From: Octopus vulgaris
Taxonomy: Eukaryota
DNA length: 64,000 bases
Assembly (NCBI GenBank): GCA_951406725.2
Contig: OX597816.1
Coordinates: 12,276,001 to 12,340,000 of the forward strand
Direction: 5' to 3'
The notes under the pieces were generated by a model. It was given only the letters and a program-made list of their open reading frames with translations. It made no database searches and was not told the origin of the DNA. How positions within the stretch are numbered: position 1 is the first letter of the stretch; each line of letters opens with the position of its first letter. This document shows positions 38,976 to 51,712 of the stretch, piece by piece. Made by a program: the position numbers and the translations under genes.

Positions 38976-39605
38976 CACAGCCATTTGACCAACAACAAAA
39001 AAAAACTGTTCTCTGAGGAATTAAAAGTGATTCTGTCACACGAATAAGATACAAAGAAAAACAACCATAACAACCACAACAAAAACAAAAAAAAACTAAA
39101 TGAGGAAAAAACCGCAGATCGTTTATTCTTTCCACGAACTTCATTATAAGAAAACGAATGTGTTGAAAATACCTGCTTCATTGGCTAATTGACAACCAAT
39201 CAAAGCTTGTTGTTGCTGATACGAGGGAGACAGCTGAACAGAAGAAGAAACATTGATAGTTTAGAAGGCAGATGGCTTTAAATGAGACGAGGCGATGGCG
39301 ACAGAAGGCAGAGGATGTGGCGAGCAAAGAAAGAAGCAAAGAAGAAATAAAACAAAACAAAACAGAAAGAAACAGAAGAAAGCAACAAAAGAAATGCTTC
39401 TTTTCTCAGGAACATGTCATGTCCTATCTGTAAGAATTCAATAATACAAAGAAACAGCAACAACAACAGCAAGAAGAACGGCAGCAAGAAAATGCTTTGT
39501 AGACTGAGCATGGCTAAAAACTACAATACAAACCTGCCTGAAAGGCTTCTGTATAGTCATTTAGTTTGCTAGAAATAGCAACCAAATTCTTTCAAATCAC
39601 AATCC

Positions 39606-39925
39606 TTTTCATTTTTTTGTGTCTGGTTTCCAGTATTCTTGATGTGCTAAAACAAATTTTGTTGCATATTGGGAAGGTCATTATACCGTTAAGAAACATG
39701 GTTTGGATTTGATTTACATAGATATAAATAAGGCGGCAAGCTGGCAGAATCGTTAAGACCCTGGACAAAATGTTTACCAGCATTTTATCCGTCTTTACAT
39801 TCTGAGGAGTTCACATTTCATCAGGGTTGATTTTTTGCCTTTCATCCATTCGGTAGGGGGGGGGGTTAATAAAATAGTATCGATAGTATAATTATCAACA
39901 TGATCATCATCGTTTTAACGTCCAT
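39606..39925 (+). repeat. Local segmental duplication, copy 1 (copy 2 at ~41946-42265)
   Basis: Unique flank, SINE A, poly-G and the junction to family C are all shared. Confidence 0.85.
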
Positions 39926-40343
39926 CATCATCATCATTCATTCATTTAACGTCCGTTGTCCATGCTGGCATGGGTTGGACCTTTCTGACCAGAGGTGGTG
40001 AGCTGGAGAGCTGCACGAGGCTCTTGTCGATTGTGGCATGGTTTCTATGGTTGGATGCCCTTCATAATGCCAACCACTTTGCAGAGTGTGCTTGGTGCTT
40101 TTTCAAGGTGCCGCAAGGGCACTTTTATGAGGAACCGCACGGGAGTTTTATGTGTTGCCACATAGATGCTTTTACATGGCATTGCACGGGCACAACCAGA
40201 AGGATCTGTCTAGACATTTCTGCAGTGGAGTATGACTTTCAAAAATTAAAAAGGAAACATGACACAATATAGACCAGTAGTTCTCAACATTTTGTTACAT
40301 TATTTAAATTCGACGGATATTTGTCCTCATCTTGTTTATTGTT

Positions 40344-40389
40344 AACACAACGTTTCGGCTGATATACCCTCCAGCCTTCATCAGGTGTC
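40344..40389 (-). ncRNA. Minimal type-I hammerhead family H1, intact
   Basis: rc GACAC-CTGATGA-A-GGCTG-GAGGGTATAT-CAGCC-GAAAC-GTT-GTGTT. Confidence 0.8.
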
Positions 40390-41002
40390 TTGGGGAAATT
40401 TTGAAGTTGTTTGTGGAAGGCCAACAGTCGCCCATGCATACCAACCTCCCCTCTCCACACCACTCATGTTATCTAAGGGAAAAGCAAAGGGTCCGATACA
40501 GCGTGGCACCAGTGATGTCACAACTCATTTCTACAGCTCAGTTAAGTGGAGCAACATGAAATAAAGTGTCTTGCTCGAGAACACAACACGCAGCCCAGTC
40601 CAAGAATCAAACTCACAATCTCACAATCGTAAGCTCAACGTTCTAACCACTGAGCCATGTGGGAATTGAACCCACAACCTCATGATCGTAAGCTCGACGC
40701 TCTAACCACTGAGCCATGTGCCTTCACACTATTCAACTAGGACTTAACTTTATTGACCCACAAAATACTGAATATGAACGGCAGAATCGACCCTTGCAGA
40801 ATTTGAGAACAAAATGTAAAGCACAAATGTAAATGTAAAGTATTTAGCTATACTGTTAGCAATTCTGCCAGGTCACTGCCTAAATTGACCCTAAAAAAAT
40901 AATCCTTTGTACAATAGGCACAAGGCCTGAAATTTTGGGGGAGGGGTAAGTCAATTGTATTGACCCCAGTCTTTCACTGGTATTTAAATAATTGATACTA
41001 AA

Positions 41003-41405
41003 ATAATCCTTTCGACTGGAAGCACAAGGCCTCAAATTTGGGAGAAGGGATCAAGTCAATTACATCGACCCCAGTATGTAACTGGTACTTGTATAATTGA
41101 CCCCGAGAGGATGAAAAGCAAAGTCAGCTCTGGTGGAATTTGAACTCGGAACCTAATGGCAGACAGAATACCTATTTCTTTGCTACCCACAAGGGGCTAA
41201 ACACAGAGAGGACAAACAAGGACAGACAAACGGATTAAGTCGTTTATATCGACCCCAGTGCGTAACTGGTACTTATTTAATCAACTCCGAAAGGATGAAA
41301 GGCAAAGTCGACCTCGGCGGAATTTGAACTCAGAATGTAGCAGCAGACAGAATACCGCTAAGCATTTTGCCTAGCATGCTAACGATTCCGCCAGCTCGCT
41401 TCCTT
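41003..41405 (-). mobile_element. SINE family A dimer
   Basis: Full unit plus headless unit with the alternative tail. Confidence 0.8.
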
Positions 41406-42242
41406 AACTGACACTAGAATAATTAAAAGTGAAATTGTTTTATATGAACTTTTCCCATATTGCTGTTGTTTAGCAAGTTTCAGCCTTGATCAAAATTGTT
41501 CCAACCATGGCCATTCCATTTTGTATTCAAACATAATCCCCCCTTGTACATATTTTCCAATGAGTCCTTATCACTTTAAGACTGTTGGCTGAGATTTAAG
41601 AAGGATTCTATTGAATTTCAAACTCCTTGGGTGATCACACAGTGACTTGCTCTTTGGTTCTCCAAATTCCACTGTTTATGGTAAATTGCACCAAAACATG
41701 CAAACTATTTCAATATCGGATCCAAGATTTAAAAAAAAATACACCCAACTGATTTTTTTTTTCTTTTTGTATAATTCCAAGATCTTTAACCATCACTGCA
41801 TTTAATCAATATTAATAGTATTCACCTTATTATTCTTCATGGGAATTTTCTCAAAGAACTTTTCTGCTTTTCTTAGAAAATCGCATAACTCTGATATGTT
41901 ATTCTTTAGAAAATTTCATAACTTCTTTGATAAATTCTTGCACATTTCATTTTTTGTGTCTGGTTTCCAGTATTCTTGATGTGCTAAAGCAAATTTTGTT
42001 GCACCTTGGGAAGGTCATTATGGGAAGGTCATTAAGAAACATGCTTTGGATTTGATTTACATAGATGCAAATAAGGCGGCAAGCTGGCAGAATCGTTAAC
42101 ACCCTGGACAAAATGTTTAGCAACATTTTGTCCATCTTTACATTCTGAGGAGTTCAAATTTCACTAGGGTTGATTTTTGCCTTTCATCCATTCGGGGGGG
42201 GGGGGGGCAATAAAATAGTATCGATAGTATAATTATCAACAT

Positions 42243-42746
42243 AATCATCATCGTCTAACGTCCGTTTTCCATGCTGGCATGGCTTGGATGGTTTGACTGA
42301 GGTCTGGAGAGCCAGTGGCTGCACCAGGCTCTGATCTAATCTGGCAATGTTTCTACAACTGGATGCCCTTCCTAACGTCAACCACTCAGAGAGTAGTGGG
42401 CGCTTTGTACATGCCACCAGCACAAGAGCCAGTCAGGCGGGCCTGGCACCGATCACATTTAGATGATGCTTTTTACGTGCCACCAGCACAGGGGCCAATC
42501 AGAGGGTAGTAGCATCGGCCACATTTGGATGGAGATTTTTATGTACCACCAGCACAGGAGCCAGTCAGGGGTTACTGGCATCAGCCACATTCATATGGTC
42601 CTTTTTATATGTCACTGGTATAGGAATCAGTCAGGCGGACCTGGCATTGACCACGTTCAGATGGTGCTTTTTACGTGTCAGCAGTACAGGAGCCAGTCAG
42701 AGGGTACTGGCATTGGCCACGTTCGAATGGTGCTTTTTACGTGCCA
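42243..42746 (-). mobile_element. Family C with 66-bp tandem array (5+ units)
   Basis: Unit starts at 42462, 42528, 42594, 42660 and 42726. Confidence 0.85.
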
Positions 42747-43631
42747 ATATAATGTAATAATAAATTACATATGTTACATGCATGGAATTATTTAGGGCTG
42801 AATTGTCAAGCACTGAACTGTCAGTACTCTGTTTGCAGCATAAATAATAAAGAATTTTGATGGTAACTTTCAAACAGGAGGAAACTGTGTGGTAAGAAGT
42901 TTGCTTCCCAACCACGTGGTTCCAGCAGAGCCAAATGAGTTATGCTGTCAAATGGTTAGTTGAACGGAGCAGCTAAAAGAAAGAGATAGAGAAGAATGCT
43001 AGTGGTGAGAGCAAGGAGAAAGGGACTGCTATTGATATATGGTTTATTTAGTTGAAGACAAACAGAGTATATGCATACTGAAGACAATACAGTTGTAGAA
43101 AATGCTTTAACAGGCAACACTTTTCGAATAACCACATTAAGATTTGTTAAAATGTTTCCAACGAACAGTAACAGAATAATGTTATAGACAATGTCTTTGA
43201 TTTTGTTAAGATTGTTCACTTCTTGATGTAAAGTGAAAAATAATAGATAACAACTCACAAAGCAGATGATGTATGGATATAGCTTCCAGTGATATCGTTT
43301 CTTGATATTGCACCTCCAATACTCCTAACTTGGTGGACTTTACCACCTCAGGAATTAAATGCTTCAGAAATATTCACAATTCTATCTTACAATTTTTAAA
43401 ATAACCAGGGAACTTCTATGGGTAATGCTTGTTTAATATTAATGGTTTTTTTGTACTCTCACAAATCAACAGGGTTTGAGGTGTGAGATAGAGGCAATTA
43501 AATTTACTCCAGCAATTACATAACACTTAGTTTCATGACCTTGATGACCGAAACCATTTAATGCAAAGCATTCTTCTATGGCCACAAACGATTGCATGAA
43601 TATATACCAATGATATTTATGTCCTCATTAA

Positions 43632-44192
43632 GGCGGCGAGCTGGCAGAAACGTTAGCACGCCGGGCGAAATGCTTAGCGGTATTTCGTCTGCGTTACGTT
43701 GTGAGTTCAAATTCCGCCGAGGTCGACTTTGCCTTTCATCCTTTCGGGGTCGATAAATTAAGTACCAGTTACGAACTGGGGTCGATGTAATCGACTTAAT
43801 ACCTATGTCTGTCCTTGTTTGTTGCCTCTGTGTTTAGCCCCTTGTGGGTAATAAAGAAATAGGTATTTTGTCTGCCGCTACGTTCTGAGTTCGAATTCCG
43901 CCAAGGTCTGATTTGCCTTTCATCCTTTCGGGGTCGATTAAATAAGTACCAGTTATGCACTGGGGTCGATGTAAACGACTTAATCCATTTGTCTGTCCTT
44001 GTTTATCCCCTCTGTGTTTAGCCCCTTATGGGTTGTAAAGAAATAGATCTTTCGTCTGTCTTCGTGTTCTGAGTTCAAATTGCGCCGAGGTTGACTTTGT
44101 CTTTCATCCTTTCAGGTTACGCACTGGGACCAATGTTATCGACTTAATCCCTTCCCCCAAATTTGAGGACTTGTGCTTCCAGTAGAAAGGAT
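43632..44192 (+). mobile_element. SINE family A trimer (~183-bp period)
   Basis: Units begin at 43681, 43864 and 44048. Confidence 0.85.
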
Positions 44193-45201
44193 ATTTATGG
44201 TATCGTTATGAGCTCTGTAAGATGGATTGGCTGCTGTGGTTAGCATTACTGACCATTCTCCATGGCAACGCCATTGCAATCACGTTCGTAGGACACGGAC
44301 AAACACTCCATTTGTTCCGGGCTGTACACCTTTCCCACCATCTTCTGCTACTTAATATTCCCACCCCCGCTTATTTTCTTATTGTTTGTTCCTTTGCATT
44401 TAAATTCAGATTCAGTTTTTATGTAAATAAAACTTTGTGTAGAATTGTAAAAAGGTAAAATAAAATCAAAACTTAATAATTGCGATGACTGAGTGTTTCT
44501 ACAAACGTAAATGGCATCAATTTTTGAAAGTCATTTTGTAACTTTAAACAATAACATCACATCATATAAAATGCTTTTTTTTATTCTCAAACTACTTTTA
44601 ATCTTTGTTTACTAATATATTTTTATGATGCATAACAATTTTTTTTTCATAAATATTCACAGGCACAGAGGTAGCTGTCTGGTAAACCAACCAAATGAAA
44701 GTGCATAATCTCCCACATGCTAACTGGCATTAACAATTGGTAGAAGCACACATGATATCCCCTCAGATTTTATATCCCCATCAAGGAAAAAAATCATCAT
44801 CATCATCATCACCATAATCATCATCATCATCCTTTAACGTCCGTTGTCCATGCTGGCATGGGTTGGACAGTTTAACCAGGGCTGGTAAGCTGGAAGGCAG
44901 CACCAGACTCTAGTCTGATTTGGCATGGTTTTCTACAGCTGAATGCCCTTCCCAATGCCAAACACTCAGAGTATAATGGATGCTTTTACATACCACTGGC
45001 CTGGGTGCTATTTGTGCAACACTGGCATCTGCTCGGCTTGATGGGCCTTCTTCTCAAGTATGACATAATGTCAAAGGTCTCGGTCATTGCCTCTGTGAGG
45101 CCCATTACATATTTCAAATTTACAGAAAACAAAAATCGAACAACAGGTAAAGGAACAACAAGCAGGTGTATTAGTTTAATGCTTTGGAAGAATGGAAAAG
45201 T

Positions 45202-45237
45202 CTCTGATGTTTTGAGCCTATGCTCTTTGACAGAAAG
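45202..45237 (-). ncRNA. Decayed hammerhead-like motif family H3
   Basis: rc CTTT-CTGTCAA-A-GAGC-ATAG-GCTC-AAAAC-ATC-AGAG; same element family as 19185-19450. Confidence 0.4.
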
Positions 45238-45558
45238 GATTGAGAAAAGGAAAAAATGAAGAGAGAATGAAAAAAAAAATGGAGAGGAGAAAAATGTGTA
45301 GAGATTAACGGTTGAACGTGATGAAATGATTTTGGCATATATGTGTGTCTTTGTGTCTGTGTTTGTCCCCCACCACCGTTTGGCAACCGGTGGTGGTGCG
45401 TTTATGTCCCAGTAAATTATTAGTTTGGCAAAAGAGACTGGCAGAACAATTACCAGCGTTCAAAAAAATATTGGGGTTGATTCTTCATTTGACTAAAACT
45501 TCTTAAAGGTGATGCCCCAGCATGGCCACAGTCTAATAACTAAAACAAATAAAAGGTG

Positions 45559-45605
<47 letters not shown>

Positions 45606-45609
45606 AATA

Positions 45610-45954
45610 ATAATAAATATTAGGGAATAAATCCAAATTTACAGGGAAAAATCAGATTTATAATTGAATCCAATTTTATAGTAAAATATAATATAATATT
45701 AATTAGAGACAAAACCACTATTATGCAAATCAAACAAAGAAAGACTTAATCCAATACATAAAAAGTTTTATATAAATTAAATATAATTAAGATTAATTAA
45801 GATATCCACTACGATCGTTTCTTGTCACTTCAATGGACATTCATCAGGTGGTTAACAAGACCTTCTATGCAATTTTGAACTATGAATAAAATTTTTTATG
45901 TATTGGATTAAGTCTTTCTTTGTTTGATTTGCATAATAGTGGTTTTGTCTCTAA

Positions 45955-45962
<8 letters not shown>
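45610..45962 (-). mobile_element. Penelope-like non-autonomous element (H5) with inverted terminal duplication, in (TA)n
   Basis: 45697-45764 mirrors 45893-45961; same sequence at 35150-35445 and 53905-53975. Confidence 0.7.
45806..45851 (-). ncRNA. Type-I hammerhead family H5, intact core
   Basis: rc CCAC-CTGATGA-ATGTC...GACAA-GAAAC-GATC-GTA-GTGG; palindromic stem III ACGATCGT. Confidence 0.8.
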
Positions 45963-46026
<64 letters not shown>

Positions 46027-46034
46027 TAAATATT

Positions 46035-46674
46035 GGCACAGGAGTGACTGTGTGGTAAGAAACTTGCTTCTCAACCATATAGTTCCGGGTTCAGTCCCAC
46101 TGCATGGTACAGTAGGTGAGTGTCTTCTACTATAGTTTTGGGCCAACCAACGCTTTGTGAGTGAATTTTGATAGACAGAAACTGAAAGAAGCGAGAAAAG
46201 GTGGCGGGCTAGCAGAAACATTAGCATACCGGATGAAATGCTTAGCGGTATTTTGTCTAACGTTACGTTCTGAGTTCAAATTCTTCCAAGGTCGACTTTG
46301 CCTTTCATTCTTTTGGGGTCGATAAATTAAGTACCAGTTACGCACTGGGGTCGATGTAATCGACTTAATCCGTTTGTCTGTCCTTCTTTGTCCCCTCTTT
46401 GTTTAGCCCCTTGTGGGAAATAAGGAAATAAGAAACTGAAAGAAGCCCGTCGTATATGTATGTATTTGTGTACCTGAGGTTGTCCCCCCACCATTGCTTG
46501 ACAACCAATGTTGGTGTATTTACATCCCTGTGACCTAGCAGTTCAGCAAAAGAAACCAATAGAATAAATACTAGGCTCAGAAAGAATAAGTCCCGGGGTC
46601 GATTTGTTTGACTAAAGGCAGTGCTCCAGCTTAGCCGCAGTCAAACAACTAAAACAAGTAAACGAATAAAAGAA
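46035..46674 (+). mobile_element. SINE B split by a SINE A insertion (46200-46430)
   Basis: 16-bp TSD AGAAACTGAAAGAAGC at 46177-46192 and 46431-46446. Confidence 0.85.
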
Positions 46675-47796
46675 TTTTACATTTGCTACAAATATTTCTA
46701 GTTTGTGCATCTTTTCTGCTTTTGTTATATTTTATCTCAAAAACATCTTTTCTTCAATGACGTGGAATTACTTTTGGGAGAATTTCGATCAAAACATAAT
46801 GACATCTGTGAAAACTCGCAACAATTTATGGTCAGAGCAGCCGCTTCTCTGAAAGTCAGTGTAGACAAACTATTCCGATATTTCTCACATAATTTTGCAT
46901 TTGTATACGATAAATAGAAATCGAATTTGAATTTTAATTAAATTGAAATTGAACTAGGCAGCAAGTATTTTTTCAGCAGGATTTATAGCTGTCAACACAA
47001 TTTCAAAAATGGCAGAGAATTGTGAGCTGTGAGATTTAAACTTGACATAAGAAAAAGCAATCCTTTAAATGTATCGTTTTCGCAAATAAAATACAAAAAA
47101 AAAAAAAAGTACTGAGTGTAAACAAAGTGATGATGGGTTTCGTTATTATTGTTAAAATGTCAGAATAAATTATAGGTGTATGGTTAAAAAGCTTGCTTTA
47201 CAACGATGTGATTCAGGGTTCAATTCTACTGCACAGTACCTTGGGTGAGTGTTGGCTACTAGAGCTAAATGTGTGGAAGCCTGCCATATACATGTGTGTG
47301 TGTGTTTGTGTGTTTCTTAATCACCACTTGACAACTGGCGTTGGTTTGTTTACATCCCCATAACTTAGGGATTTAGTAAAAGAGCTCAAAGACTTGAAAA
47401 TAAGTACTGAGTTCAATTTGTTAAGGTAAACCCTTCAAGGTAGTGCCCCAGCATGGTCACAAGCCATTAACTAAAATAAGTAAAAGATATATATATATGA
47501 GGAATGACCACAAGGTGGATTCCTAATATGCTAAATGTAGACCCCATATGGTCTGACCTATAACAAAAATTGATTTTAAGAAAATTCGACAAGTGCCAGA
47601 ATGTAAAGCGAGCAAGACAAATGAAAAGATGCAAAATATAATGAGTAGTTACATACCATGGTTTCAACGTTACCATTTAGATTGTGTAAATGTCTGCAAC
47701 TCATCAGTGTGACCGTCATAGAAAATATAATGTTATATAACTATATGTTAGGCTACTGGTTTAAATTGATATCAATCTAATTAATATCTATTTTAC

Positions 47797-47839
<43 letters not shown>

Positions 47840-48753
47840 CTAGATTCCAAACTGCATGGTTCCAGGTTCAATCCCACTGCATAGCACCTAAGGGAAGTGT
47901 CTTCTGCTACAGCTTTGGGTCGACAAAACCCTAGCGAGTAGATCTGGAAGATGGAAGCTGAAAGAAGCCTGTCATATATATGTCTGTGCCTTTGTGTTTG
48001 TTCCCCCTCTCCCCACTACAATCACCACAGAACCGCTTTGGTGCGTTTATGTCCCCTGAAACTTAGCACTTCAGCAAAAATGACCAATAGAATAAGTATC
48101 AGGCTTTAAAACTGGGGTCGATTCATTTAAGAAAATTATTCAATGGTGGTGCCCCAGCATGGTCACAGTCTAATGACTGAAACCGGTAAAAGAATGAAAA
48201 CATATGAATGTATGTATTATGTGTGTGTGTGTGTACATGTGCGTCTTCGTGTTTTTCTTTGTTCCCCATCACCACCACCACTTGACAGCCGGTGTTGGTT
48301 TATTTATGGCCCTGCAACTCAGTCATTCAGTAAAAGTGATCGATAAGTAGCAGGGTCCAGTTGCTAGCCTCAACTGTTCAAGGTAGTGCTACAGCATGAC
48401 CACAACCAAAGGTAACTATCTTGCATAATAAAACTAGAATGTCAGTGATTCCATCTCTTCTGATAGTGTATCTCAATTGTCTAAAGATGTCCATTGTGCA
48501 GAAATTTACATCGGAATTTTAATGATGTCGCTAAGATATTGGCAAATTAATCTCCCAAATGTTTACATTGATTGGCACAAATAAAAGGAACTTAATTTAA
48601 GAATTCATATATGGAGCCACAAATTAAATTTTACATTTTGGAAATAGTTAATGGAAAAAGAAATATATGTGTACACAAGTCTGGAACTTCTGGTAATGGT
48701 GGAATTAAAGTTAAGCTTTAATCTAGTTACATTTTGTATAGATATTATATAAT

Positions 48754-48876
48754 AATAATATGTTACAATTACTCAATAGTCAAGATAAAGCTCTGAGTTT
48801 CAGATGCCGAAGTGGAAATCCACAACACCATCTCTTCGGTTTTATCTTGACTATTGAGTAATTGTAACATATTATT
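48754..48876 (-). ncRNA. Hammerhead family H4 variant enclosed by a 36-bp perfect inverted repeat
   Basis: rc core CCGAAGA...CATCT-GAAAC-TCAGA-GCT; arms 48754-48789 and 48841-48876. Confidence 0.6.
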
Positions 48877-49174
48877 TTATAGATAAATTTCCTCTACTTA
48901 CATAATATTGAGGTCTCTTTCTTTCTTTTGTTATCTTACCGTTTTTACCAATATATATATATATATATATATAGATCATCATCGTCGTCGTCGTTTAATG
49001 TCTGCTTTCGATGCTGGCATGGGTTGGACGGTTTGACTGGGAACTGGCTCCAGGCTCCAGTCTGATCTGGCAAAGTTTCTACAGCTGGATGCCCTTCCTA
49101 TTGTTAACCACTCCAAGAGCGTAGTGGGTGCTTTTGTGTGCCAGTCTGGCAACGACCACACTCAAATGTGTAAC

Positions 49175-49226
<52 letters not shown>

Positions 49227-49404
49227 TCATCATTTAATATCCACTTTTCATGCTGGCATGAGTTGAACGGTTTGACAGGACCTGGTTAGGCAGAAGACTG
49301 CACCATATATCACTGTCTGTTTTGGCAGGGTTTTTACAGCTGGATGCGCTTCCTAACACCAACCACTCTGCAGTGTGGACTGGATGCTTTTTATGTGGCA
49401 CCAC

Positions 49405-49806
49405 AGGACGCCAGTCCATCGCAGCGTTACTCATTTTTGCCAGTTGAGTGGACTGGATCAATGTGAAATGAAGTGTTTTGCTCAAGAACACAACGTGTCG
49501 CCTGGTCCAGGAATCGAAACCACAATCATACGATCATGATGCTGACACCCTAACCACTAAGCCACGCGCCTCCACCTGCCAGTCTCATGGGCCCGGTTTC
49601 CCGGTTTCTATGGCGTATGCGTTCCCCAGCTGGACGGGACGCCAGTCCATCACAGCATTACTCATTTTTGCCAGCTGGGTGGACTGGAGCAATGTGAAAT
49701 GGAGTGTTTTGCTCAAGAACACAATGCATCGCCTGGTCCAGGAATCGAAACCACAATCTTACGATCGTGATTCTGACACCCTAACCACTAAGCCACGCGC
49801 CTCCAC
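49405..49806 (-). mobile_element. Two tandem tRNA-headed SINEs (family D-like)
   Basis: Duplicated ...GGAATCGAAACCAC...CCCTAACCACTAAGCCACGCGCCTCC. Confidence 0.8.
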
Positions 49807-49889
49807 AGTCTGAGGGATAGGGCAAGAGAAAGAGGGAAAGGGCAAGAAAACAGGAGAGAGAAATTGCTTCTTCTTTTCAGATATCATCA

Positions 49890-50972
49890 GAAAAAGGTAA
49901 TTAAAATAACAGATTTATCGGACTTTCAAAGAGGTCAAATTGTTGGTGTTTGTATGGCAGGCGCTAACGTAACGAAAACAGCCGAAATGTTTGGTGTATC
50001 AAGAAATACTGTCTCGGAAGTTTTTCTTCTTTGAGAAAGAAGAAAAAAAACTCGTTGAAACAAAACTCCACAAGAAAACCCAAACTTTCAGATAGGGACC
50101 GTCGGACTCTTATGCGAATTGTAGAAAGGATCACAAAAGTACAGCTCCCAAAATTACTGCAGAACTTACGGACCCCTTCGAGAACCCAGTTTCCACAAAA
50201 AAACTGTTTACGGGGAGCTGCACAAAGCCAGATTTCATGGGAGGTGGGGCTGCAATCAGAAAATCACTACTTTCAAAAACAAAGCGTTTAGAGAGGAGTA
50301 AAAACCTACAGAATTGGTCCCTAGAGCAGTGGAAGAATGTTATTTTCTCAGACGAATTATCCTTTACCCTATTTCCGACCACCGGCTGAGTATGCGTGTG
50401 GAGACAGCCAAAAGAAGCATTTGACCCAGACTGCCTTCTTCCAACATGGAGAACCTGTGATGATCTGTGGGGTCTATGTCTTGGAAATCCGCCGGTTCAA
50501 AAGTTTCCCTTCATGGCAGAATTAATAGTCAAGACTATTTAAGCATTTTATCTGATCAAATTTCATCCTATGGTTGAAGAACTGTTTCGGAGGGAAACGC
50601 AATCTTTCAGGATGATAATGCACCAATTCACACAGCAAAATTGTTACTGAATGGCATGAGGAACATTCTTGTGAAATTGAACATCTTATCTGGCCACCAC
50701 AATCCCCAGATCTCAATATTATTGAACATCTACGGTGCATTTTAGAAAAACAAGTAAGGATGTCGATATCCTCCACCATCATCACTACAAGAACTGAAGA
50801 CTCTTTTAGCTGAAGAATGGACAAAAATAACTTTGGAAAAAAATTCAAACTTTGTACGAGTCCATACCTCATAAAATTCAAGCTGTAATTTCTGCCAAAA
50901 GCGGTCCTACCCCACATTAAAATAAATTTGTTTGAAATTTTAAGGTGTTTTCATTATTTTGTCCAACCCCTG
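49890..50972 (+). pseudogene. Tc1-like DD(34)E transposase remnant with right TIR
   Basis: DLSDFQRGQIVG (HTH), WKNVIFSDE, FQDDNAPIHTA, WPPQSPDLNIIEH in shifting frames; ends TTTTGTCCAACCCCTG|TA. Confidence 0.9.
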
Positions 50973-51292
50973 TATTTTCCAAGTTTGCCACTACACAAGT
51001 GGTTATTGCCATGGTAATCCGGAATATCCGGTCGTGTTTACTTTTGTTGTATTGTCCCATGTGTCTGTGCCATCGTAAATTTCTTTATTTGTTCCGTCAT
51101 ATATTACAACGTATTATTTCTCACAGGGCGGGGCAGTTTTGGGGGCTTCTGTGCGCTTGTGTTTGCCTATGTCGGTGGGGTATGAAGAGGGTTGGTGTCT
51201 GTATGGGGTGGATGGGACAGAGTAGGTGTAGGTATGGATTGGGAGTCAACATTCACATTAAAAATAATTCACAATTAAAAATAATAAGATTA

Positions 51293-51712
51293 GGATCTTT
51301 TCGGTTTGAACGGCAGTTTTTAACATAATTTCTAGGTAACTAAAAAATTTTAAACTTCGTATACTGGTAGAATGTGTTTATAAAACATCTTTTTCTCTTG
51401 GATTTATTGAGAAAATTCTATAGTTTGTAAGATATTTGTTGTTTTTTTCTTCAATCTCTGCAATTTCAACCAATCAATTACGTCTATTGAGGTAAAAAAC
51501 GTTCTGTGCCGTATGAATATGTCCCTCGTTTAAGAAACAGATTGGGCTTATTTACATTTATGAAGAAAAAAAAAGATACCCTTCCCCCCACCCCTAACCA
51601 CCCTAAGTCTAAAACAGATTGAAATGCAATAGATCGATACTAGGGTCATAATTATGGGTGACAATTTCATATGACACCGCTAGAAAAACTGCCGTTCAAA
51701 CCGAAAAGATCC
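51293..51712. mobile_element. MITE with 28-bp perfect TIRs and 8-bp TSD (Merlin-type)
   Basis: TAAGATTA|GGATCTTTTCGGTTTGAACGGCAGTTTT...AAAACTGCCGTTCAAACCGAAAAGATCC|TAAGATTA. Confidence 0.85.

Noticed and set aside
42396-42746. CRISPR-like regular array
   Set aside because: Whole 66-bp units are homologous with no unique spacers; no cas genes; eukaryotic retroposon context
44222-44458. 78-aa ORF with a signal-peptide-like N-terminus (MDWLLWLALLTILHGNAIA)
   Set aside because: No recognisable mature domain or splice evidence and it runs into AT-rich sequence; kept only as a non-coding island finding
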